Virus record (IMG/VR): IMGVR_UViG_3300001486_000425
Strand: one strand, 5' to 3'
DNA from: an uncultured virus (IMG/VR IMGVR_UViG_3300001486_000425)
Lineage: Duplodnaviria; Heunggongvirae; Uroviricota; Caudoviricetes
DNA length: 20,000 bases
Under the pieces are notes generated by a model. It was not told the DNA's origin and did not search any database. It saw only the letters and a list, made by a program, of their open reading frames with translations. The position numbers were made by a program, and so were the translations under genes. How positions within the stretch are numbered: position 1 is the stretch's first letter; every line of letters begins with the position of its first letter. Of this stretch, positions 7,763 to 15,595 are shown piece after piece.

Positions 7763-8452
7763 TTATTTTAATATTCCTTTATCAATTGCATTTTTAATTA
7801 TAGTTTTAACTATTACAATATCTGTATCACTAGATGTATATCCCATATGATTAGAAAAATCTCTTTCAATTCTACCAGTTTTAGCAAAATCAAATCCAAT
7901 ATTGTTATATCCAAATTTAAGATATGACTCTTTTTTATTTGGAGTTAACTTATTTAAATATTGCTGAACATATTCAATAATTTTATCAGAATTAATATAT
8001 AAAAGATTTGCATAATCTGTATCAGTCAGATGATATGTATCTTCTTTATATGTAATAGTTGCAGAACAATCTTGTCTATTTATACGCTTAAAATAATTAT
8101 TAAGCCAATCATAAAGTAAATCAATATGTTCATCTAAAAGTATTCCTGACAAACTTTCTGGATGTAAATATATATTAGATGGTTCATATTCAGACTCAGC
8201 TGCAATTACAGTATCACAATGACCATTTCCACCATTACTAACATAAACTAATTTACCAAAATAACCAGTAAAATCTGGAATCATGTCTTTAAGTTCAGAT
8301 TTAATTGCTTCCCAAACATCAATATCTTGCTTAGTTCTAAATCCATCTCCACTAAAATATAAACCAGATATTCTAATCATAAATTTTTTATATTTTCCAA
8401 TATCTTTTGGAGGTTCAATACAACCACTAAAATCTACATCACAATCATACAT
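7763..8452 (-). CDS. Hypothetical protein
   Basis: 229 aa ORF, AAGGAG SD. Confidence 0.88.
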   Translation of the reverse strand: MYDCDVDFSGCIEPPKDIGKYKKFMIRISGLYFSGDGFRTKQDIDVWEAIKSELKDMIPDFTGYFGKLVYVSNGGNGHCDTVIAAESEYEPSNIYLHPESLSGILLDEHIDLLYDWLNNYFKRINRQDCSATITYKEDTYHLTDTDYANLLYINSDKIIEYVQQYLNKLTPNKKESYLKFGYNNIGFDFAKTGRIERDFSNHMGYTSSDTDIVIVKTIIKNAIDKGILK

Positions 8453-8463
8453 AATTATTCTCC

Positions 8464-8874
8464 TTATTGTATTTTTCTAAATACACCAGAACCAGGCGCA
8501 ACTTGATGTTCATTCATTGCATTTTCATCATTTTTCAAATAATCTAAAGCTTGTTCACTACAATTACCAATAACTACAACTAAACCAAATCTCTTTTCAA
8601 TTCTGTCTTTTGCATAAATAGGAAAAAGATTACCATCATCTTCAGTTGCTTCTCTAATAATCTTAACTTGATATTTAATACCATGATTATATGCTAATTG
8701 CTTAACTAAATTACATAAATGTACAAATTGAAATTTAGCAATAAAATTATTTGGAGCCACAGAATCCATAAATATAGCAACTATATCATTATTCTGAATT
8801 TCATAGTCTCCAATTGTAGAATATTGAGTTATCTTTTGATCAAGATAATCACCATTTTCTATTGGTTGTAACAT
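8464..8874 (-). CDS. Hypothetical protein
   Basis: 136 aa ORF; AGGAG SD lies inside the end of the upstream gene (TGAcATG coupling). Confidence 0.85.
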   Translation of the reverse strand: MLQPIENGDYLDQKITQYSTIGDYEIQNNDIVAIFMDSVAPNNFIAKFQFVHLCNLVKQLAYNHGIKYQVKIIREATEDDGNLFPIYAKDRIEKRFGLVVVIGNCSEQALDYLKNDENAMNEHQVAPGSGVFRKIQ

Positions 8875-8875
8875 G

Positions 8876-9238
8876 TCATTCTCCTTTATTATTTATATAT
8901 TCAAATATTGCCTTTTTAAGTTCTTTCTCTACATTCTGTTCTGTTTCTACATTTAAAACATACTTTAATGTTCTAATCATATCAGAAGGTAAATGCAATG
9001 TATTAAAACAATAGATAAAATATTTTTTATCATTTATAATAACAACATCTGCATCTTCAAGATATTCAATTGATTTAATTTCTTTAATATCTTCTGAAGT
9101 TTTTAATGTAATAAAGATCATAAAATTTTTAAATATTTTATTATTATCTGTAATTAATTCTTTAATATTACATTTAAGACTAGTTGTTTGAGTATGACAT
9201 ATTTCATATGTCATTTTATTAATTGTTAATTTAGCCAT
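8876..9238 (-). CDS. Hypothetical protein
   Basis: 120 aa ORF, GGAGGAGG SD. Confidence 0.85.
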   Translation of the reverse strand: MAKLTINKMTYEICHTQTTSLKCNIKELITDNNKIFKNFMIFITLKTSEDIKEIKSIEYLEDADVVIINDKKYFIYCFNTLHLPSDMIRTLKYVLNVETEQNVEKELKKAIFEYINNKGE

Positions 9239-9252
9239 AATACCTCCTCCTA

Positions 9253-10326
9253 TTATTGAGGACTTCTTACGTCCATTCCGTTAGAACCAGTAAGTTTAAC
9301 AATATATAATTTTGCAGAATCTAATGTATATGTTATCTCACTTCTTTGATTTAATGTAACACCTGCAATAGAACCATTCTTTTCATCAAAAATATCATTC
9401 TTACCACTAACATCATTTTCATTATGAGGTTTAAAAAATACACCAGCTTTATTAATTGTAACTTGTGCATCAGAAATACTTAATGCGTCTTGAGATAAAC
9501 CATTTTTAGAAGTTAATGTGCCAATATTAAGAAAACTATTAACATTAAGAATTTCTTCAATATGAACATCTTCTGTATTAACATATTCTTGTAATGATTT
9601 TTTTGCTTCTTCTGAAGTAAATCTTACTCTTTTTCTATCTTTAAGATTTTCTTCAATCATATGCATAAGTTCAGCAGAAGGTATAACTGCTTCATATTCA
9701 GTATCTGCATTTGGATATAAGAAACCTTTTGCTTTATCACTAGAAATTCTAAATTTATCTCCAAGTAATGTAGGTACTTTAACTACTGGTACTTTAATTA
9801 AGAATTTAACTGAATAATCATTATTTGCAGCAATAAAATCTAATGTTTCACCTGATAATGCTTCACAACTTACCATATAATCTTGATAATTTAATTCAGC
9901 ATGTTCATCTAATCCACAAAGAACTCTTGCATCTCTTAAAGCTTGATAAGAACTAATCTTTTTAACATTATCAAACTTTTTTGAACAACATGTATAGTTA
10001 ACCCAAACTGAGAAAAACAGATCATTTGTTGATGTACCTTTTAATTGTCCACCATCATTATTTGTAATCTTTTTCCAAGCATCTAATAATGTAAGGTAAT
10101 TGATAATATTATCTCTTTCACCTTCACCAATATTTTCTCTAAAAATTGCAGTTACAAGATCAACAATAAGATTTGTATCTTTTTTCATTGTTTCAATTGC
10201 AGCTTCCGCATTTTCAGGATTTTTCTGATAACCTGCAATTGCATTTCCATTATCTCTATCTCCAGATTTAAGTGATACTAAAGTAATATGCTCGCCACTT
10301 TTAGGCAAAGTAATCATAACACTCAT
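9253..10326 (-). CDS. Hypothetical protein (largest unknown in the window)
   Basis: 357 aa ORF, AAGGAG SD; no motif recognised. Confidence 0.92.
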   Translation of the reverse strand: MSVMITLPKSGEHITLVSLKSGDRDNGNAIAGYQKNPENAEAAIETMKKDTNLIVDLVTAIFRENIGEGERDNIINYLTLLDAWKKITNNDGGQLKGTSTNDLFFSVWVNYTCCSKKFDNVKKISSYQALRDARVLCGLDEHAELNYQDYMVSCEALSGETLDFIAANNDYSVKFLIKVPVVKVPTLLGDKFRISSDKAKGFLYPNADTEYEAVIPSAELMHMIEENLKDRKRVRFTSEEAKKSLQEYVNTEDVHIEEILNVNSFLNIGTLTSKNGLSQDALSISDAQVTINKAGVFFKPHNENDVSGKNDIFDEKNGSIAGVTLNQRSEITYTLDSAKLYIVKLTGSNGMDVRSPQ

Positions 10327-10340
10327 TTTCTAAACTCCTT

Positions 10341-10517
10341 TTACTTCTTTATCGCAAAACCTAATGCTTTATAAAAATCTTCTCTTTCTTTCTTTTCTTT
10401 ATCAGATAATAAATCTTTTTCAATTCGATCTAAATAATCAAATAAAAATATATCTTTTTCTAATGCTTCCATATCTAATTCATCATCAGTTTTCTTACGA
10501 TCTAATTTAATATTCAT
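10341..10517 (-). CDS. Small charged hypothetical protein (58 aa, below the ORF-track cutoff)
   Basis: Hand-translated MNIKLDRKKTDDELDMEALEKDIFLFDYLDRIEKDLLSDKEKKEREDFYKALGFAIKK*; AAAGGA SD; fills the gap between neighbours. Confidence 0.8.
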   Translation of the reverse strand: MNIKLDRKKTDDELDMEALEKDIFLFDYLDRIEKDLLSDKEKKEREDFYKALGFAIKK

Positions 10518-10545
10518 TTTTCAAATTCCTTTCATTTTTTTATTT

Positions 10546-10821
10546 TTATCTTACATTAATATACTTTGGATTAAATGGTATATTTAAATCTTTTTTAGTA
10601 AATTTTACATAGTTTGCTTCAATAATTCTTCCATCAATATATGTAAAAATTGCTAAATATGGTGATTTAGCAAAAGTCCAACCATAATCTGCCATTTGTT
10701 TAGCACAATAATATTCAGCTTCAGAATAAAATTCAAAGAACTTTAAATGCTCTATATCTTTTATTGTACCATCTTCAAATATTTGTCCAACACCATAATA
10801 TATTTTTGTTCCACTTACCAT
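10546..10821 (-). CDS. Hypothetical protein
   Basis: 91 aa ORF, AAGGAG SD. Confidence 0.85.
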   Translation of the reverse strand: MVSGTKIYYGVGQIFEDGTIKDIEHLKFFEFYSEAEYYCAKQMADYGWTFAKSPYLAIFTYIDGRIIEANYVKFTKKDLNIPFNPKYINVR

Positions 10822-10845
10822 TTTTATTCTCCTTTTATATATAAT

Positions 10846-10877
10846 AAAAAATGCTTAGTCAATATAACTAAGCATTT
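10846..10877 (-). terminator. Intrinsic terminator-like hairpin (module copy C)
   Basis: Minus strand AAATGCTTAGT-T-ATATT-G-ACTAAGCATTT followed by TTT. Confidence 0.8.
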
Positions 10878-10912
10878 ATAACGTCCATTCTATATAATTA
10901 AATAGTCTTTTA
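10846..10912 (-). repeat. Conserved intergenic module, copy C
   Basis: TAAAAGACTATTTAATTATATAGAATGGA followed by the hairpin. Confidence 0.7.
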
Positions 10913-10920
10913 GTGAAATA

Positions 10921-11145
10921 TTAATTATTTGTTACGTAATGTTCGAACTCTTCTCTAGTAGCTTCTTCAACATTGACTGCTCCACTACTAAAATATATAA
11001 GTCCTTTTCTTTTCATAAATTCAAATATCATTTGTGCATCTTTTTTTGAATCTGCAGCAGTTACAGCAACAATCTCTTTTGCAGTCATCATTACAGTTCC
11101 CTCTAATGCATCAAAATCTGTACTTTGTACTAATTTGTAAAACAT
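10921..11145 (-). CDS. Small hypothetical protein
   Basis: 74 aa ORF, AAGGAG SD. Confidence 0.82.
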   Translation of the reverse strand: MFYKLVQSTDFDALEGTVMMTAKEIVAVTAADSKKDAQMIFEFMKRKGLIYFSSGAVNVEEATREEFEHYVTNN

Positions 11146-11155
11146 TTTTTACTCC

Positions 11156-11650
11156 TTAATCGAAGATTGGCATGAAACCAATATAAGTACTACCATCATC
11201 TCTCTTTTGTTCTGCAATCTTTCCTTTTGCAGTATATTTAGTACCCTTGGTCTTAGAAACAGTTTCAAATGAGATAGTTCCACCATCTTTAAGAATATTT
11301 ATTTCTTCATCCGTAAAATAATGATTTCCCCATTTTCTATTTATTAAAACTTCTTTACCACCATATTTACAAGTGAACTTTTCATCAATTAAAAGTTTAA
11401 ATCCAACATATTCATGTTCATTTCCATCTTTATCAGTAAACTTTTGCTTTTCAAGCTTACCTTTTGCTTTATAAGGTTTACCTGCTTTAGAAACTGCATC
11501 AAATTCAATTACTTCATCATTAAATAATGCTGTTCTTTCCTCTGCAGTAAATTCATGACCTTCCCAATTGTCATTCTTACCCCATACAACTTTAATGTTA
11601 CAAGGTATTCCTTGCCAAGTTCCATTTACTTTCTTGATTTCTTCTTCCAT
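11156..11650 (-). CDS. Two-repeat protein resembling type IA topoisomerase C-terminal repeats (Toprim_Crpt-like)
   Basis: 164 aa; internal repeat WG..HxFTxEE..L....IxFxxVSK..GxxYxAKGK..Q....YxGF occurs twice. The family assignment is from recalled motif similarity, not a search. Confidence 0.65.
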   Translation of the reverse strand: MEEEIKKVNGTWQGIPCNIKVVWGKNDNWEGHEFTAEERTALFNDEVIEFDAVSKAGKPYKAKGKLEKQKFTDKDGNEHEYVGFKLLIDEKFTCKYGGKEVLINRKWGNHYFTDEEINILKDGGTISFETVSKTKGTKYTAKGKIAEQKRDDGSTYIGFMPIFD

Positions 11651-11790
11651 TTTAATAATTTCCTTTCTTATTATTTTTAATTAATATTATCTATTATAAA
11701 TTAAATGTAAATTGTTATTTAAGCAGAATTTTGAAATTTTTAGCTACCTAATGTGCTTCTTTATTAAATCATAACTATTTATTCAAATTA

Positions 11791-12123
11791 TTAATCAATT
11801 GTATCATCTTCTATATCTTCAGACTTAACATAACAATATTCTACATCTTTATCCATAAGATGCTCAATTCTTTCACAACCTTTAGTTCCTTTATTAGTTG
11901 CAAAAATTGAATAACCAAGCATACCATCAAGTACAGCTTTATTATTATTATTAAATGTATATGTTCTATGATCTTCATCTGCATTTTCATCAATCATAGC
12001 TTCTGGTTTTAATACTGCTACCATAACACAATATTTATTAGGTGTATTTCCTTGTCTAAAACCATATTTTCTATTATATTCTCTTAAATATTCAAGAGCT
12101 TCACTCCACTTCATCTTTTGCAT
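11791..12123 (-). CDS. Hypothetical protein
   Basis: 110 aa ORF, GAGGAG SD. Confidence 0.85.
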   Translation of the reverse strand: MQKMKWSEALEYLREYNRKYGFRQGNTPNKYCVMVAVLKPEAMIDENADEDHRTYTFNNNNKAVLDGMLGYSIFATNKGTKGCERIEHLMDKDVEYCYVKSEDIEDDTID

Positions 12124-12157
12124 AATAATTTCTCCTCAATTAATTATTATAATATAA

Positions 12158-12188
12158 ATTATACTTCATTTTTATAAAAAAGTATAAT
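12158..12188. promoter_or_regulatory. 9-bp inverted repeat in an intergenic gap (possible operator or promoter)
   Basis: attatactt (12158-12166) / aagtataat (12180-12188), 13-nt spacer; the arms contain TATAAT. Confidence 0.35.
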
Positions 12189-12192
12189 AAAA

Positions 12193-12708
12193 TTATGTTA
12201 CGTCAAAACTAATTCCTACAATACCTTCTTTACCTTTTATTGTTTTTTCAAATAAAGTATTGAGCTGTTTCCTAAATGAATCAAATAACCAATCTTCATT
12301 TCCATAACATTCTTCAAGAAGTTGATCTCTATCTTTAATTTCTTCTCCAGTTTCTGAATTTGTTAAATATACATTTATTACACCTTCATAATAAATTGAG
12401 ATAGTAACATCAACTCCATCTGGTCCCTTAGCCCAATCTTCAGGTTCTGGTGCATTTACATGAAAATCAATATGATCATTTTCAACTTCAAAATGTTCTT
12501 TTATTAAATCATATAATAAATGATTAAATTCTCTTGATAAATAATCAATATAAAATTCATTTGCTGCATCTGCAGAAGAAAATTTCTTCATTTTATAACG
12601 TTTATTTTCATATGGATAAAATACTTCAGTTTCTTCTAAATTTTTATTATTTTCATCTATATTTGGTTCGCATGTGTGCAACGTAATATAAAAACCATAT
12701 CTAAGCAT
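12193..12708 (-). CDS. Hypothetical acidic protein
   Basis: 171 aa ORF, AGGAG SD. Confidence 0.87.
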   Translation of the reverse strand: MLRYGFYITLHTCEPNIDENNKNLEETEVFYPYENKRYKMKKFSSADAANEFYIDYLSREFNHLLYDLIKEHFEVENDHIDFHVNAPEPEDWAKGPDGVDVTISIYYEGVINVYLTNSETGEEIKDRDQLLEECYGNEDWLFDSFRKQLNTLFEKTIKGKEGIVGISFDVT

Positions 12709-12719
12709 AATTAATCTCC

Positions 12720-13151
12720 TTATATTTTATAAATTAATTGATATTCACAAATAATCCATATATCTTCAGTAAGTGGTTCTGATTCATATGCATTTGTTAT
12801 AGAAAAAATACCATTTTTATAAGAACTTAATTCATTTAATAATTTAGTTGTATTATCATTTCCAGAAATACAAAATCTTAATTTACCATAAATTTTAATA
12901 GTATTTTTACCATCAAAAGATCGTATCATTGTTAAAATAGTATCTTCAGACGGACCATCAAAACCATTAGAATTTATTAATTTATAATATTCAGATTTAT
13001 TATATACTTCTTCATTTATTTTATCATATATTTTATCCGGTAAATTTATAACATCTAAATTTTCATAAATTTTATTTGTTCCTGATAATTCTTGTTCATT
13101 AAATAAGTTTTTTATAAAATCTGGTAATTTTTCATATTCTATATTAGACAT
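12720..13151 (-). CDS. Hypothetical protein
   Basis: 143 aa ORF, AAGGAG SD. Confidence 0.85.
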   Translation of the reverse strand: MSNIEYEKLPDFIKNLFNEQELSGTNKIYENLDVINLPDKIYDKINEEVYNKSEYYKLINSNGFDGPSEDTILTMIRSFDGKNTIKIYGKLRFCISGNDNTTKLLNELSSYKNGIFSITNAYESEPLTEDIWIICEYQLIYKI

Positions 13152-13165
13152 TTTTATATTTCTCC

Positions 13166-13711
13166 TTACCAGTTAATATTATCATATACTTCATCGTAAT
13201 CAGGATCTTCACCATAGAAATCTGTAATCTCTACTATAAAATTATTTAGTCCTACACGCTTGAATACATCCTGGAGCTTCTGGATATACTTGGGTTTATC
13301 AGTAAATTTTTCTCCTTTTAAAGGTATACCATTAAGATAATCATATTCAACTTCCATATAATCATCATAAAAATAATGAAGTCCAACTTCACAATCAACT
13401 TTTAATATTATTTCATCTTCAGTTAATGAATCAAAATAATAATCTTCAGGATCAAATCTATCATATATACCTAAAAATGAATCAACAATTGGTTCAATTA
13501 CATCATCAAAATTATTTAATAAACTTTCTACTTCTTTATGATCTTCTTCAGTCATATTATCTTTAAATTTTATTGCAATATGTACTTTTTGCATACCATG
13601 ACTATATTTTGGAAGATCATCATATAGATCATCATTTGAACGACGATCGTCTCGATAATAATCATTTGATGAACTATTAGTTTCAAATATACAGTGTCTT
13701 ATTCTAAACAT
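13166..13711 (-). CDS. Acidic protein with N-terminal IRxxxFETNSSS motif
   Basis: 181 aa; starts MFRIRHCIFETNSSSND; AGGAG SD. Confidence 0.88.
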   Translation of the reverse strand: MFRIRHCIFETNSSSNDYYRDDRRSNDDLYDDLPKYSHGMQKVHIAIKFKDNMTEEDHKEVESLLNNFDDVIEPIVDSFLGIYDRFDPEDYYFDSLTEDEIILKVDCEVGLHYFYDDYMEVEYDYLNGIPLKGEKFTDKPKYIQKLQDVFKRVGLNNFIVEITDFYGEDPDYDEVYDNINW

Positions 13712-13726
13712 AATTATTCTCCTTTA

Positions 13727-13972
13727 TTATTCAAGATGAAAAACATTTCCATTATTCCAAAATACTTGCGCTCTATAATTATCATACATATATTTATCTA
13801 TCCAATTCATATATTCATTTTCAATATATATTTTAGATGTATTTCTTATACCAGTAGAATCTTTTAAAATAATTTCTACTTCTCCATTACCATAATATCT
13901 AGTTTTAAATGCTACATCTTTAGGTAATGCAAGATTTAACTTATCTACGTCTTTAGCTGTTAATTTATGCAT
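13727..13972 (-). CDS. Hypothetical protein, paralog of 1764-2102
   Basis: 81 aa ORF, AAGGAG SD. Confidence 0.85.
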   Translation of the reverse strand: MHKLTAKDVDKLNLALPKDVAFKTRYYGNGEVEIILKDSTGIRNTSKIYIENEYMNWIDKYMYDNYRAQVFWNNGNVFHLE

Positions 13973-13993
13973 ATAAATTCTCCTTTATAAATT

Positions 13994-14031
13994 AAAGAAA
14001 ATGACCTACTCAATATAGAGCAAGTCATTTT
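13994..14031 (-). terminator. Intrinsic terminator-like hairpin (module copy B)
   Basis: Minus strand AAAATGACTTGCTC-TATATT-GAGTAGGTCATTTT-CTTT; both mismatches are G-U pairs. Confidence 0.8.
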
Positions 14032-14067
14032 ACATTTTCCATTCTATTATATTTAAATAACCTTTTA
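13994..14067 (-). repeat. Conserved intergenic module, copy B
   Basis: TAAAAGGTTATTTAAATATAATAGAATGGA followed by the hairpin. Confidence 0.75.
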
Positions 14068-14349
14068 ACAATTATTATATTTTTCATATAAATTTTGATT
14101 ACAATTTTCTAGTATAGCTTGTTTTGCTTCTTCAATATTTGCAAAATTACCTGGATTTGTACTAAAATCATTAAATTTATACGCAGGCCACCAACACTCA
14201 TTACCATTATCTGGTAAAGGCCAAGGCTCATCAGATTTTGGATCATATTCTGGCCATTCTTTAATCGTTATTTTATTTATTTCAGCTTCAGTATAATATT
14301 CTCCAATTTCTTTGTGTGGTAAAGACCACATATTATAAATATAATACAT
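14065..14349 (-). CDS. Hypothetical Trp/Pro-rich protein
   Basis: 94 aa ORF, AAGGAG SD. Confidence 0.83.
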   Translation of the reverse strand: MYYIYNMWSLPHKEIGEYYTEAEINKITIKEWPEYDPKSDEPWPLPDNGNECWWPAYKFNDFSTNPGNFANIEEAKQAILENCNQNLYEKYNNC

Positions 14350-14359
14350 ACTTTTCTCC

Positions 14360-14614
14360 TTATCTAACTAATACAACGACTACTTTATTATCTTCAATAA
14401 ACCATTCTTTAATTTCACCTGTAACTGTATAATAAAATATTTCAGAATTTTTTGGATTAATTGAGTCCATTAATTCAGCTATACTACCTTTAAATATTAA
14501 ATTTGATTCATTTATTTCATTTTTAAATAAATAAAAATAATGTAAAATACCATGTACAGTGCCATTATAACGATACATTAATGCTATTAAATCGTCAAAA
14601 TAACAAGTCTTCAT
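14360..14614 (-). CDS. Small hypothetical protein
   Basis: 84 aa ORF, AGGAGG SD. Confidence 0.83.
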   Translation of the reverse strand: MKTCYFDDLIALMYRYNGTVHGILHYFYLFKNEINESNLIFKGSIAELMDSINPKNSEIFYYTVTGEIKEWFIEDNKVVVVLVR

Positions 14615-14629
14615 AATTCCTCCTATAAT

Positions 14630-14659
14630 AAAAAGGACTCAACATATTGTTGAATCCTT
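14630..14659 (-). terminator. Intrinsic terminator after the kinase-HD gene
   Basis: Minus strand AAGGATTCAAC-AATAT-GTTGAGTCCTT-TTT, starting at the stop codon; one G-U pair. Confidence 0.8.
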
Positions 14660-15554
14660 AATGCGCGTATAAATCAGCTTCATGGAAGAGACATAAATCA
14701 TTGTAAAATTTTTCTGATATAAATTTTTTATCTTTTTCTAACAATTTAGGATTTTTATTCCATCTAAGAAAATGAACCATATGCCAATTGATAAGTTGCG
14801 CAATATACAAAGCTTCTTCAAAAGATCTATCTTTTTTCTTCATCCAATATACTAAATAAATATATGCGCCATAATGTTCATGACCATAAAAATGAGCATG
14901 TTCTGTAGATTCACCTTTATAGTTCTCAAATTTCTTAGTATAAAACTTACCAATATCATGCATATTTGCCATATCAATAAGATACTGCGGTGCATTCTTT
15001 TCTTTAAGATAATTAGCAGACGTCTTCATATGCATACCTAATGATAATGAATGATGTCTATTCTGAGAAAATTCATCAAGATTACCAAAATCAAGATTTA
15101 CTTCTCCATCATAAAGAATAGGAACTATTTCATCCCATCCTTCTTCATACATAGGTACATCAAAATCTCTTAACATTCTATCATATACTTCATCAGGAAC
15201 TCTAGCATAACCTGTTCTCTTTGCATTTCTTTCCATGCATACATCAACAGGAACTATAAAAAGATAACAAATCTTTTTATAATTATACTTCTTTATTGAT
15301 TCAAGATATGAAATTCTTCTACCTCTAGAAAGATTAGTTGCGTCATATACAATATTCTTTCCAGCTTCCATATCAGCTTTAATGTTATTATGCATTAAAT
15401 TAAAAATATATGCGCACTGAGAACCTTCATGCATATTAAGTTCATTTCTAAGTGCATCAGATGAATGAATTGCATAACCTTCAGAAGCCAACTTTTCTGT
15501 CAAAGTAGACTTTCCACAACCAGGTATTCCGACTAACATAATAAAATTATTCAT
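14658..15554 (-). CDS. AAA/P-loop kinase fused to an HD-domain phosphohydrolase (polynucleotide kinase-like)
   Basis: Walker A GIPGCGKS, SSD..R, IVYDATN, lid C.ERN..R; HD domain HH..L..H, MHDIGK, FYGHE, HM, HEAD. Confidence 0.9.
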   Translation of the reverse strand: MNNFIMLVGIPGCGKSTLTEKLASEGYAIHSSDALRNELNMHEGSQCAYIFNLMHNNIKADMEAGKNIVYDATNLSRGRRISYLESIKKYNYKKICYLFIVPVDVCMERNAKRTGYARVPDEVYDRMLRDFDVPMYEEGWDEIVPILYDGEVNLDFGNLDEFSQNRHHSLSLGMHMKTSANYLKEKNAPQYLIDMANMHDIGKFYTKKFENYKGESTEHAHFYGHEHYGAYIYLVYWMKKKDRSFEEALYIAQLINWHMVHFLRWNKNPKLLEKDKKFISEKFYNDLCLFHEADLYAH

Positions 15555-15589
15555 ATATTTATTATATACTTAATATTAAATATTGTAAA
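15555..15589 (-). promoter_or_regulatory. sigma70/sigmaA-type promoter producing a probable leaderless mRNA
   Basis: TTTACA (15589-15584), 17 bp, TATAAT (15566-15561), 6 nt, ATG (15554); no SD. Confidence 0.75.
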
Positions 15590-15595
15590 TAATTT

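Noticed and set aside
2523..8480. Plus-strand ORFs 2523-2714, 3829-4059, 6475-6660 and 8283-8480, and nested minus-strand ORF 4727-4912
   Set aside because: They overlap longer minus-strand genes that have good SD sites, have no obvious SD of their own, and show shadow-like composition.
10834..10862. TTGACT-N17-TATAAA promoter-like match embedded in hairpin C (similar TTGAGT-N18-TATAAA in copy B)
   Set aside because: The predicted start site would fall within or after the AGGAG SD of the downstream gene, and copy A lacks a comparable match. Left uncalled pending TSS data.
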